DNA of 64,000 bases. Origin: Bacteroidota bacterium. GTDB taxonomy: Bacteria > Bacteroidota > Bacteroidia > Chitinophagales > Chitinophagaceae. A program made the translations under genes and the position numbers. Location of the stretch: contig JBBCIL010000016.1 in assembly GCA_037200265.1 (NCBI GenBank), forward strand, positions 24,243 through 88,242, read 5' to 3'. Below the pieces are notes generated by a model. The model had not been told where the DNA came from and did not search any database. It saw only the letters and a program-made list of their open reading frames with translations. Of this stretch, positions 1-10,914 are shown piece after piece; position 1 is the first letter of the stretch, and the number at the start of each line of letters is the position of its first letter.

Positions 1-525
1 CCCGGTTTATACAACCAGGCGATTATGGATTTTGGTGCGGTGATCTGTAAGCCTTCGCCGCTTTGTGAGCAATGTCCGTTTCAAAAAACATGCTATGCCT
101 TTTTACACAATAAAATAAACGAGCTGCCGGTAAAAGAAAAAAAACTGCGTATCAAAAAGCGCTGGTTCTGTTATTTCGTATTTGACCATGCCGGTGAAAC
201 AGCGATCCGCCAGCGAACAAACAAAGATATCTGGCAACAACTATATGAATTCCCGGTGATCGAAATGGATAAAGAGGAGGATATAAAAACTATTTTGCTG
301 CAGGCTGAAAAGAATGGATTACTGGAAAAGAAAAAACTACACCGTAGTGTCAATATCTGAACGTATAAACAACAACTCTCTCATCAACTGATAACAGGGC
401 AGTTTATTGAATTAAAACTTAAAAGAAAACCGGCTTTACCGAATGACTGGCTATGGATGCCAAAAACCAAACTGAAGAAATTGGCTTTCCCCCGGTTTAT
501 CAATTACTATTTGCATTCGAAATGA
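1..525 (+). pseudogene. mutY: A/G-specific adenine DNA glycosylase MutY; 5' end lies outside the window; frame interrupted by TGA at 358-360
   Basis: ORF 25..360 has the MutY Fe-S loop (CKPSPLCEQCPFQKTC) and a NUDIX-like C-domain. The same frame continues after the TGA as TYKQQLSHQLITGQFIELKL...FPRFINYYLHSK to TGA 523-525. Confidence 0.8.
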
Positions 526-536
526 CAGCTGAATAA

Positions 537-1973
537 TTATTTCAGTGTACAAATGTTCCTGAACTGCAATCCGCCATTTCCATTAACAGTAAGCTGAATA
601 GCTTTTGAGGAAGGCCCGCTTACCTGGAGTGTGATATCGTTTGGTCCTTTTTTTAAAGGTATACGTGTATAATAGATAGTATGCGGTAAACTTTGCCAGT
701 TGCGTGTATCTGCTTTTTCGCTGGCAAAATTGAAAAGCTGTAATCCCAGCGCAAAAGCTTCCTGCCGGTCCTTCTTCTTTTTTTCTTTGTCTGAGTCAGT
801 TTCTTTTTTTGCTTTGGGACGGGCTGCCGCCTCAGCCAGTTTTTTGACAGCCAGTCTCGTCAGCGTGGAAGACAGTTCTTTCAGCATTCTTTCCTGCAGG
901 GTGGAAAAAGCAAGGGTGTTGACGCTTTCTGCCGGTTCAAGTGCATAGCTGGTATTATTCAATTGCAGGTTCGCTCCTGAATAATATACCGGCTGTGCCT
1001 GGTATTTTGGCAGCGCCACCCGGAAACTGCGCAGGTCTTCGAGCTTTATATTATCACGGTTATAACCGCCGCTGAAATCGAAAGGCACATTGTAAAGCCC
1101 GCCACCATCAGCAAAGAAAAAACCACCCCCCGCATCTTTAAACAACGAAAGAAAATATCCTGCTGCTGTTTTACGGGTGCTGAGCCATTTTCCCAGAATA
1201 ACAGCAACTCGCCTCCTTCTGTACTTTCTTCTTTACTGAAAGTTGTGTTCAATATTTTTTTCATACCGGCTTATTTCATCCACGAACCCATTTTGCGAAG
1301 CCGTTCTTAACAGATCTTTCTTTAACTGTTCCGGCATTCTTATACCGTAATAACTATTGTTGTTCTTCACAAATACATCCACGGCATTACGATAAGCAAT
1401 GAACGCATTATTGATATCCCCGTTTTTCTCATAGATCATTCCCTGGAGCATAAATGAAAATGCATCTTCCGAATAGCGATCCTATTACCGGTCTTATCTT
1501 CCTGCGTATAACTGCGGAGGCTGATACGCCCTTCGCTTCTACCATCGCTTCATCGGGCTGGCCAAGCTGCAGGTAATTCAGCGCTTTTGTAATAGTGTAC
1601 CAGGTATTTTTCAAAATCTTCTCCTTTGTAGGTCTGCATCATCGGGTTGAGCAAAGTACCGAGTGCGATATCTTTTACTGAAGTACGTGTATCTTCCATC
1701 AGCTGATCAGCCTCATTGAAATAACGGTTGCTGCTGTCATACTGCTGCAACAGGTGACAGACTTTACCTCTTTCCAGTAAATAAAGCAGGCGGTTGCGGT
1801 TTTTTTTCAGCAGTTTATTGTTATCAAGCGCCTTTGCCGCACTTTCATAATTACCCTGGCGCAAGCTGGTATAGTAATTACTTACCTGTTTGTTATAGCT
1901 TGAACAGGAAACCAGGAGAAAAACCCCAATGGATAAAAAAAATGAAGGAATAATATAGCGACTCGGTGAAGCA
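537..1973 (-). pseudogene. TPR-containing lipoprotein (COG3014-like), split over at least 5 frames
   Basis: Consecutive minus-strand ORF pieces 1550..1864, 1429..1614, 1233..1451, 1046..1264 and 537..1145 read as one protein. There is a lipobox-like LLVSCSS near the 5' end and TPR-like helices (NNAFIAYRNAVDVF). Confidence 0.55.
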
Positions 1974-1975
1974 TT

Positions 1976-2081
1976 TTCGTTAAAGGTTTACTATCGTTTA
2001 ATGGCCGAAAGGTTGCTCCCGGATTGCAGGTGTATCGCAATGAGGAACTGGTAACCCTTTGAAACCTTAAACCTTTAAACG
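1976..2081. repeat. Word hairpin of the TTTAAAGG family (W1)
   Basis: Left arm cgttaaaggttta (1976-1989) pairs with the right arm at 2068-2081 (reverse complement cgtttaaaggttta). The right flank is aaccctttgaaaccttaaacctttaaacg. The loop contains ggattgcagg (2021-2030). Confidence 0.6.
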
Positions 2082-2083
2082 TA

Positions 2084-2672
2084 TTAATTCTTAATGTATT
2101 TGGGCGATCTCTTTCTCACACGATCCACACTACTTCGTTGGATTCGATATTGGTCAGCTCAAGATTTACTTTGTAATAAGTGACCTTTTTCCTTTTATGA
2201 GAATCAACGATAGAATTGATAGATCCCTGCAAGATATAGTCAGCCCCCTGCTCCAGTCCGAATTTTTTCATACTGCTGGTGCTGGCGTTGGTTGCTGATC
2301 CGCTTTTTCAGCTCTCAGCTCTTCCCTTTTTTTACCTCCTTGTACCAGTCTTACTTTCTGGGTGGTAACAAAGGATTGCTCTACATCTTTTACAAAAGTT
2401 TCTGCTTCGATATGCTCGTGGCTTTTATTGGTAACAAACCCCACGACTACCACGGGGCGCTGCCCGCTCTTAGCTGCCATATGGTCTGTGATCCAGTTGG
2501 CACCCAGGAGGTCTTTGTCATTTCTTCCGCTACAAATCTTGAGTCGGTATTATTCCAGCGACCACTGATGTCTACCTGTTCGCCGGATCTATTCTTGTAA
2601 CATGACGGTTACAGGCGATCAATACAGGTATGCAGTGAACGAAACAACGAAGAGTAGATTTTTTGTCTTCAT
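2084..2672 (-). pseudogene. LpoB-like lipoprotein (penicillin-binding protein activator family, COG3417), several frameshifts
   Basis: Pieces read MKTKNLLFVVSFTA / GRWNNTDSRFVAEEM / HMAAKSGQRPVVVVGFVTNKSHEHIEAETFVKDV / KFGLEQGADYILQGSINSIVDSHKRKKVTYYKVNLELTNIESNEVVW. The family assignment is from memory of COG3417 proteins. Confidence 0.55.
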
Positions 2673-2855
2673 ATATTATTTGATTTATTTCGCTAATGAT
2701 TAAAATATGCCGTAGTTCTTATCTCCACCAAATCCCCAGGGACTAAATAGGGAGAGCGGTTTCCCCTGTAATAGCCGTTGTTATAATTGTTATTATTATA
2801 TCCCCGGCGATACCTGCTGGAAGGATAATAGTTATAATTATCGTAGTAGTAATCG

Positions 2856-3131
2856 TTATCCAGCCTGCTCTTTCAAACGCAGCTGGCGGCGGAATTCACG
2901 GCGGTCGGCCCTTGCTTCTTTCCTGTCAACCAGCCAGTCTATGGCCTTATAGTTCTCCTGCAGGGTGGTGCGATGCCAGGCATTGAGCGAGTCGGCGATT
3001 TTCATGTATTTATCACGGCTTACTGCAAAATTGGGATTTTGATCCGGGGCTAACGCCGGTTGTGATTGCCCGGAAACACTCAGGAAAAAACCTGTTAGCA
3101 GCATAAAAGCGCTAAGTAAACTTTTTTTCAT
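2856..3131 (-). CDS. Hypothetical secreted protein; probably continues, after a frameshift, into a Tyr/Asn/Arg-rich tail down to about 2693
   Basis: 91-aa ORF with signal peptide MKKSLLSAFMLLTGFFLSVSG. The frame downstream stays open for about 60 codons (DNDYYYDNYNYYPSSRYRRGYNNNNYNNGYYRGNRSPY). Confidence 0.4.
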   Translation of the reverse strand: MKKSLLSAFMLLTGFFLSVSGQSQPALAPDQNPNFAVSRDKYMKIADSLNAWHRTTLQENYKAIDWLVDRKEARADRREFRRQLRLKEQAG

Positions 3132-3348
3132 AATGTCTCGTTTTGAGTAAAAAAATCTACAGCTAAAGTACTGCGCAAAGGCGTTAATCCACCGTTAAAT
3201 GTCATCAATTGACAAATGATTTGTACCGGTTGAGGGATAATAACAGGAGAAATTACCCTTAAAATTTTGCCGATTACGCATAAAAAATTTAACTTTAAAC
3301 AGCACTCACAGCCTGAAGAGGATTTATTAATCAGAAAAAGATAAGCGT

Positions 3349-3782
3349 ATGAGAGGCGTAAACAGAGTAATGCTCATTGGCAACCTGGGAAAAGATCCCG
3401 ATGTACAATTCCCTTGAAGGAAATATCGCAGTAGCCAAATTCCCCCTCGCTACTACTGAAACCTTTAAAGATCGTTCGGGCAAACTAGTGTCACAAACCG
3501 AATGGCACACTGTTGTTCTATGGCGCGGCCTGGCCGAACTGGCGCAGAAGTACCTCCACAAAAGCAGCCTGGTATATATTGAAGGACGTTTGCGTACCCG
3601 TAGCTGGGACGATAAAGACGGCAACCGGAAGTTCGCTACAGAAGTAGTAGGTGATAACCTCATTATGCTCGATAAAAGAATGGATAGTCACGCATCCGCT
3701 TCCCCGGGCGACAGCGGTATGGAAGGCCCTGGCAGTTCTGACACGACCATCGGCGATCCTTCTGAAATATCTTCCGTTTTAG
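3349..3782 (+). pseudogene. ssb: Single-stranded DNA-binding protein, at least 2 frameshifts
   Basis: MRGVNRVMLIGNLGKDPDVQ then EGNIAVAKFPLATTETFKDRSGKLVSQTEWHTVVLWRGLAELAQKYLHKSSLVYIEGRLRTRSWDDKDG. An acidic tail ending LPF-stop is recovered in a third frame. The break at 3409-3410 is an extra T. Confidence 0.85.
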
Positions 3783-3864
3783 TTTTGCTGGTTAAAACAA
3801 TAACTTTGCTCCGAAATAACGGAATAGATTTTATCTTTCAACCTGTCATCAAAACATCCCTGCA

Positions 3865-5207
3865 TTGGTTAGTCATTCGGTCATTCACCTGCTATACTCC
3901 AAATTCTCTTTTGCTTTCCTGGTCATCAATCCACAGGGTACTACTTTTCTTGTCATTGTATTGCTGCTGTTATTATTGCTTGCCTTCACTATTTCCGGTG
4001 CGGAGGTAGCGCTGTTTTCTTTAAATAATAAAGACATCAACGTACTAAAGACAAAGCAGCATGCCGGCGCCAAACGGATCATTACTTTACTGGAGGAACC
4101 AAAAGAAGTATATGCATCATTGCTGATCGCCGGCACGTTTACCAGTATTTGTATCGTTATCCTGATCAATTTCCTGATCAACCAGTTTATTTCGTTGGGT
4201 AATATTCCTTCCGCCATTGAAATGCTGATCAAAGTGCTGGTGATCGCTTTTGTATTATTATCTTCTGTAAGATCTTGCTTGCCTAAAATATGGGCCACCC
4301 AGAATAATATGCGCTTTGCTTACGGCTCATCAGGTATCGTGGAAGGTGTTCACCTGGTATTACGAAGGATCAGTAAATGGATCGTATCGCTGGCTGATGG
4401 TATCGGTAAAAGACTGGGCGCTAATAAATCCGAAGCGTTAAGTATCCGGGAACTCGATGAAGCGATTGATATTAAAACGGATGAGGAAGCATCGCCGGCA
4501 GAAAAAAGCATTATGAAAGGCTTGTGAAGTTTGGAAATATTTCGGTAAAACAGATCATGCGGAGCCGGCTGGATGTGAGTGGTATTGAATACGATACTTC
4601 TTTTGCCGATCTCAACCGCAGGATAGAAGAACTTCATTATTCAAGACTGCCTGTTTATAAGATAAGTCTTGATGAAGTAGCAGGCATTATTAATACCAAG
4701 GACCTCATTCCGTTTCTGAATGAAGCTGATAATTTTGACTGGCACCCGCTGATGAGGCAGCCTTATTTTGTACCGGAGTCAAAACCGATCGAAGACCTGC
4801 TGAAAGATTTTCAATCACGTCATATCCACTTCGCCATCGTCGTAGATGAATTCGGTGGCACCAGCGGTATCGTGACCATGGAAGATATCCTTGAAGAAGT
4901 GATCGGCGAGATACGGGATGAGTTTGATGAAGAAGAAAGCGGCAACCGCAAGCTGGATGATAATAATTACATCTTTGAAGGCAAAACAATGATCCATGAT
5001 ATTTGCAAGATCATGCAGTTGCCGATGGATACGTTTGATGGAATAAAAGGTGAAAGCGAATCTATCGGCGGCATTGTACTTGAACTCGCGGGAGAATTTC
5101 CCAAAGTAAACACTGAGGTCATCAGCGGCGATTTTACATTTACTGTACTGGAAGTGGATACCAACCGGCTAAAACTGGTTAAAGTAACAATGAAACCCGG
5201 TGAATAA
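3865..5207 (+). pseudogene. gldE: Gliding motility-associated protein GldE (DUF21-CBS-CorC/HlyC family); one clear frameshift near 4525; start uncertain
   Basis: ORFs 3865..4527 and 4524..5207 carry ISGAEVALFSL TM helices, CBS pair and CorC C-domain. The gene lies directly upstream of gldD, as in Flavobacterium johnsoniae. Confidence 0.8.
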
Positions 5208-5809
5208 ACGTTTTAGAAAAATGATACCTTTCAGATATTTTACAGGATTGCTATTTATTGTTGCGTTACCGATCGCCTGTAACAGTCCTTATACCTATAA
5301 AAAGAAGGGCTACTTCAACATTGACTTCCCGGAAAAGAAATACCAGTCTTTCGATCAGCCCGGTTACCCCTATACATTTGAATACCCGGTATATGGAAAA
5401 GTGATCAAAGACTCTATGTTCTTCGGGACAAAGCAGAAGATTACTGGATCAATATTGATTTCCCCCGTTTTCATGGCCGCATTTATGTCAGCTACAAGCC
5501 TGTTGACAGGAATAATTTTGACTCGCTGGTTGATGACGGGTATAAACTGGCGCATAAGCAGCATATAGATGTATCAACCGGTATTGATGACAGCGTGATG
5601 ATAACCCCTAATGGCATCGAAGGTATTTTTTACTCACTAAAGGAAATACCGCGACGGCTAACCAGTTTTTCCTTACCGATTCTACCAGGCATTTTTTAAG
5701 AGGCGCTTTATATTTTGATGCGGCTCCCAATGAAGATTCACTGAGTATCGTAAATGATTTTCTGAAAAAGGATATGTTCCATCTTATCAATTCGCTGAAG
5801 TGGAAATAA
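5200..5809 (+). pseudogene. gldD: Gliding motility lipoprotein GldD, frameshifted
   Basis: The N-terminus has lipobox ALPIACNS. Later pieces WINIDFPRFHGRIYVSYKPV and ANQFFLTDSTRHFLRGALYFDAAPNEDSL...LINSLKWK resemble F. johnsoniae GldD. Confidence 0.8.
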
Positions 5810-5815
5810 AAAAAA

Positions 5816-5837
5816 CCTCCCGGGTACGGACGGGAGG
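5816..5837 (-). terminator. Rho-independent terminator candidate for the minus-strand gene 5862..6240; also lies just 3' of gldD
   Basis: Stem cctcccg / cgggagg with an 8-nt loop. The A-run at 5808-5815 becomes a T-run after the stem on the minus strand. Confidence 0.5.
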
Positions 5838-5861
5838 CGAAGGCAGCGTTACTGTATGCTT

Positions 5862-6240
5862 TTACTGCTCTCTTAGTTTTACTCCTGCTGCTGCAGGAAT
5901 TTCAATCATCACGTCTTCTCTCAGGGGTGCACGGCTAAAGCTTTTATAATTAAGTTTTTTCTTTTTAAACTTACTCAACACCTTTTTACCCCGCTTTTCT
6001 TTTTGTTTACCTTATCCTCTTTTTCTTCTTTGCTGGTAATTACTTCCGTTTGTTCCTTTTTACTTACACTGATCACATCATTACCAGTGGTTTTTTCTTC
6101 TGTCACGGCGCGCTCTGCTATTTCTTTTTCTTCATACATGGCAGCAAATTCTTTGCTGTTCTTGCTTTGCTGTAATCAACAAAACCATAAATACTGGCGG
6201 CGATCATTAGTGCAGCGGCAACGTATAATACTGATTTCAT
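5862..6240 (-). pseudogene. Hypothetical membrane-anchored, Lys/Glu-rich protein, frameshifted
   Basis: The minus strand reads MKSVLYVAAALMIAASIYGFVDYSKA..., then AAMYEEKEIAERAVTEEKTTGNDVISVSKKEQTEV and KKKLNYKSFSRAPLREDVMIEIPAAAG in other frames. Confidence 0.35.
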
Positions 6241-6322
6241 GTTATAATTGTTTAAGATGTTTGACTAAGAGATAAAAAGAGAAAAGGAGGTGAAGAGATT
6301 TTGTTCATACCTGTAGTTTTTT

Positions 6323-6998
6323 TTAGTTAAGCAGCGAATGATCCAGGTAAGACCTGCTTTTCCGGTAAATAATATACTCGGCAAACAGCATGTTACCGAT
6401 CACACTTATCCATAGCGATAGTTCATAGTTTTCCAGGTGGCCCCAATCGAGGAGATAGAAAACAATATGATACACCCTGAATGTGACGGCTGTCATGGCC
6501 ATGGCATACGAGCGCATCATCCATATCTTATGCGCCAGCACGTTTTTCTTATGAATGCCGTAAGCCCGTAAAATGTTGAGATGAACCAGAAGACAGCCAT
6601 GAACATAAATAAACTTCTTTCCCAGAAACTGCCTTTGGCAAAGAATGACATATACAAACCGGTCGGCGCACCAAGAAACAAGACAACAAATACATATATC
6701 TTACCCGACCAGCGATGAATGGCCCGCGATTTCTTCAGTATATATCTTGAAAACTGGATAAGTGCTGTAGTGATACAAAGAGCTCCCGCAAATATGTGTA
6801 TGTAAAAACTTGCGTTATATACACCGCTTTGAAAAAGAAACTTCTTTCCTGTATAAAACTAAAGTCCTTACTGAAAGAAAAATAAGGAAGCGTATTATAC
6901 ACCAGCAGCAGGCTAAAAATGGAAACCGGCACCCAGAATAACATCCGGAAAAGAACCTTTGCCGACCTTTGAAGAGTTAATCTGCGTGAATTAAGCAT
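6323..6998 (-). pseudogene. DUF2306-like polytopic membrane protein, frameshifted
   Basis: ORFs 6735..6998 and 6323..6541 plus unlisted pieces between them; the sequence is hydrophobic throughout. The family call is from memory. Confidence 0.4.
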
Positions 6999-7133
6999 AC
7001 AGTGGTTTGGCCAATAAGATGTACCCGCGGAAAATCTTCATAAACACCTGCTGTTAGATGTTTGTTAAAGGAGTTCAGCTTACGGTGAATCTTTACTAAT
7101 TTGTACACGCAACCCAACTGCATTATAATTATC

Positions 7134-8929
7134 ATGAGAAAATTAACCTGCCTGTTCCTTTTTTGATTCCTGCCTTTATTTCAATGGGCCAGCAAGCGGC
7201 GGCTGTTGATTCTATGAAAAGATTGCTTGCAAATGCCGTTACTACAGCAGAAAAGATCGAAACCCTCGACCTTCTTTCCGTACTTTAATGAATGTAAGCC
7301 TGAAGGAATCGGATGAATACGGCCTGAAACTGATCACTATTGCAGAAGAGTCAAGAGACAGGAAGCTGATGATAAGAGCGTATATGTCTAATGGTATCCG
7401 GTGCAGTTATTTTGGCGGAACAAGGGATTATGCCAACCGGTCCATTGAGTTTTATAATAAAGCATTAGCCATCGCCAAACAAAACAGGATGGATGAAGAA
7501 GCCGGCGGTTCCTTACTTTTATTATCCTCTATTTACCTCGCTTTGCCCGACAAAGACAAGGCGCTGAACTATATTAACCAGGCTGCTTCGGTCATATCCA
7601 CTTTAAAAAATGACAGCCTGAAAACGGAAGCAGCAGTGTATACGGAGATGTATATCTTGCCCGCAATGACAAGATACTGGCCCTTCGCAATTATTTAGGT
7701 GCATTACGGATAGCAGAAGATATAAAAAATCATCCATTACTGCGATCCTGCTACCTCAATCTCTCCGGGTTTTATTCCAGCATTGAAGATTATGACAAAG
7801 CCATTGATTATTATATGCAGGCATTCAAAGAACTTGATGCCATGAAAGAAAAGAATGTGCCTTACAGCGGCGATGGATCTTAATAATATCGGTAAACTGT
7901 ATGCAGGCAAAAAAAATTACGATATCGCTATTAGCTATTTTGAAAGATCGCTGGCGCTTGCCGATACATTGAAATTTTCTACGTTAAAAGTCCCGGCTAT
8001 ACAAGCCTGCTGAACCAATACCTTCGTATGGATCAGCCACAAAAAGCCCTTGAATATTTTAATTCACCCTCCGGCCAGGCATTGAAAGATTTCCTGCAGA
8101 ATTTTGGCTTCAGCGGTGCTATAGACCAGGCGTATGCTGTTATTTATTCCGAACTGAATAAACTGGATTCTGCCCGGTATTATTTTACTAAAGCCTCTCC
8201 TTTTTTTGAAAAAAATCCTAACGAAACGACTAAGCTGGGTTATTACGCGCAATTGGGTGCATTTTATAAAAAAACAGGGGAGTTGGATAAAGCCATTGAG
8301 CAATATCTTAAGGTAAAAGATATTGCTGACAGAACAGGGCAGCTTGAAAGTGGGAAAGAGCGGCCAAGCACCTTGACACGTTGTATAACAGAACAGGTAA
8401 TTTTCAGCAGGCAAGCCTGTACAATTATATCTATTACCGGTACAAAGACAGTATTGAAACCCTGAATAAAGAAAAAGAACTGGCGCAGGTAGAAGCTACA
8501 GATGAACAACAACGCCAGGAAAGGCGGATCAAAGAAGAGGAAGAAAAAAAGAACCGAAAAAATAATATTCAGTACATGGCGATCACTATTGGTATTGTTG
8601 CCTTGTTCGTCATGCTGGTAGTTCTCGGTATGTTTAAGGTATCTGCCAATACCATACGTCTGATCGGTTTTTTTGCTTTCCTGATGTTCTTCGAATTTAT
8701 CTTCCTGATCTTCAAAAAGAACATATATGGCTTTACGCACGGAGAGCCATGGAAAGACCTTTCGTTTATGATCGCGTTGGCGGCCCTGCTGGTCCCCCTG
8801 CATCATTGGCTGGAACACAGGGTGATCAAATACCTTACCTCGCATAACAGGCTGACTGCATCGCGGAAAAACCTGATATCACGGGTTTTTGTCCGGAAGA
8901 AAGCTCATGATGAGAAAAGCAAGGTGTAA
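7134..8929 (+). pseudogene. Tetratricopeptide-repeat protein with coiled-coil and C-terminal membrane domain, multiple frameshifts
   Basis: Starts MRKLTCLFLF at 7134. ORFs 7288..7698, 8028..8465 and 8381..8929 carry TPR motifs (AIDYYMQAFKE, ALEYFN, AIEQYLKV) and then TM helices. Confidence 0.6.
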
Positions 8930-8948
8930 ATTTGTCCAAAATTGACCC

Positions 8949-9551
8949 GTGATAGTAATTGATAATATATTGATCAGTGATGAAGTGGTTGAAAAGCAAT
9001 TCGTTTGCGACCTCGCAAAATGTAAAGGCGGTTGTTGCGAAGATGGCGATGCCGGCGCCCCCCTGGATGATGAGGAACTGCAAACAGTGCTGGATAGTTA
9101 TGAGAAGGTCAAGCCTTATCTTACTCCGCAGCTATCAAAGAAATAGAGAAAAAGGGAAATACGTTTATCATAAAGAATTTGGTTGGGTAACGCCAACGCT
9201 TGACAGTGATAATGAAATATGCGTGTATGGCTATCGTGAAAAGAACGGCTGATCAAATGTGCGTTTGAGCAGGCATACAATGACGGGTTGATACAATGGA
9301 AAAAACCCATAAGCTGTCATCTCTATCCCATTATTACTTATAAAGGCAAACGGGGAGGCAATGAAAGAGTGAATTATGAACCCAGGGAAAAAATGTGCAA
9401 GCCAGCTTGCGCATTGGGACAAAAACTGGAGGTTCCCGCTTACGAGTTTTTAAAAGAGCGCTGGTAAGAAAATACGGAGAGACATTTTATGAAGTGCTGG
9501 ACAGGATCGCTAAAAAGAAATGGAAAGAAGAACGGGGAAGTAAAAAAATAA
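8949..9551 (+). pseudogene. DUF3109 family protein (Cys-rich), frameshifted
   Basis: MIVIDNILISDEVVEKQFVCDLAKCKGGCCEDGDAGAPL, then KEFGWVTPTLDSDNEICVYG, CAFEQAYNDGLIQWKKPISCHLYPI and LVRKYGETFYEVLDRIAKKKW in shifted frames. Confidence 0.6.
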
Positions 9552-9579
9552 TCAGCTATACTAACAGGAGATCATTAAT

Positions 9580-10910
9580 ATGTCAGAACAGTCAGGAACG
9601 TTTATTGAGAAAAGCATTACCAAGGCAGCCGATCTTGATCACCGGCATAAGATCAATTTTAATATTGGAAAATACAATGCGGTCGTACCGCAGGGTAAAT
9701 CGCAGTTTGCCGATGTACACCTGGCCAGAGAGAGAGCGAAGAATGTAAAATGGAGAGCTATTGAAACACTGGATCAGCAACTGGAAACTTTTGAAGCGGC
9801 CATTACCAAACGCGGCGCTAAAGTAATATGGGCGGAAAATGCGGGTACGCTGGTGAAAAGCAAGAGTATGGTGACGGAAGAAATACACCTGAATGATTTT
9901 TTAGAAAAAAATAAGATCGAAAGTATTGAAACGGATCTTGGCGAATATATTCAGCAATTAGACGGAGAACCTCCTTACCATATTGTAACTCCGGCGATGC
10001 ACAAGAGCAAGGAAGATGTGGCAAAGTTATTTACTGATAAGTTGGGTACCGATCCTAAACTCACACCCGAGCAACTGACACTGGTAGCCCCGGGAAAAAC
10101 TGCGTGAAAAATATGTGCAGGCAGAAGTAGGCGTTACGGGTGCAAATTTTATTATCGCTGACATTGGAGGAATAGCCGTTACAGAAAATGAAGGCAATGG
10201 CCGTTTGAGCTGCTCCATGCCAAAAACGCATATTGTAGTTGTCGGTATTGAAAAAGTCATTCCTTCTATGACTGATCTTGCTTTGTTCTGGCCATTGCTG
10301 GCTACCTATGGTACGGGTCAGCGGATAACTGTTTACAATACTATTGTTACAGGGCCAAAACAGGAAAATGAAAAAGATGGCCCGGAAGAAATGTATGTGA
10401 TCCTGCTGGATAATGGCCGTACTAATATCCTGGCCAATGAAAAAGCAAGAGAAAGCCTGTATTGTATCCGTTGCGGTGCCTGCCTGAATGCATGTCCCGT
10501 TTATAAAAATATTGGAGGCCATACTTACGCTACCGCTTATAGCGGGCCGATCGGCGCTGTTATCACCCCGCAATTAAAAGAAATGAAAGACTGGAAGCAT
10601 TTGAGCTATGCTTCTTCTCTTTAGTGGTAATTGTACAGAAGTATGTGCTGTAAAAATCAACCTGCATGAATTGCTATTGGAGAACAGGCATGAATCTGTT
10701 GAAGAAGGTGACAGCGCTTTTGCAGAAAGGGTCACCTGGAAAATGTGGAAGCAAGCTATGCTTCGCCGCTCCTGGATGAATATGGTGAATGGAAATACCA
10801 AAGGCTGGTTCATTAATAAAGTGGCCACATCATGGACCAATCACCGCGGCAAGCTGGATTTTCCAAAGCAGTCATTCAATGAGCAGTGGCGAAAGAAGAA
10901 TAGTAAGTAG
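9580..10910 (+). pseudogene. lutB: LutB/YkgF-type iron-sulfur lactate-utilisation protein (LUD domain plus 4Fe-4S), at least 2 frameshifts
   Basis: ORFs 9580..10107, 10115..10624 and 10608..10910. Motifs seen: VGVTGANFIIADIGGIAVTENEGNGRL, CIRCGACLNACPVYKNIGGH, CTEVCAVKINL. Confidence 0.75.
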
Positions 10911-10914
10911 CTTT

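Noticed and set aside
6003-6275. 90-aa plus-strand ORF rich in Ser/Leu/Phe.
   Set aside because: It is the antisense shadow of the Lys/Glu-rich minus-strand gene 5862..6240.
9832-9870. Possible in-frame internal deletion of about 16-20 codons in lutB (WAENAG-TLVKSKSMVTEE).
   Set aside because: This rests only on my memory of LutB/YkgF alignments, and the frame is continuous here. A real alignment is needed before it can be claimed.
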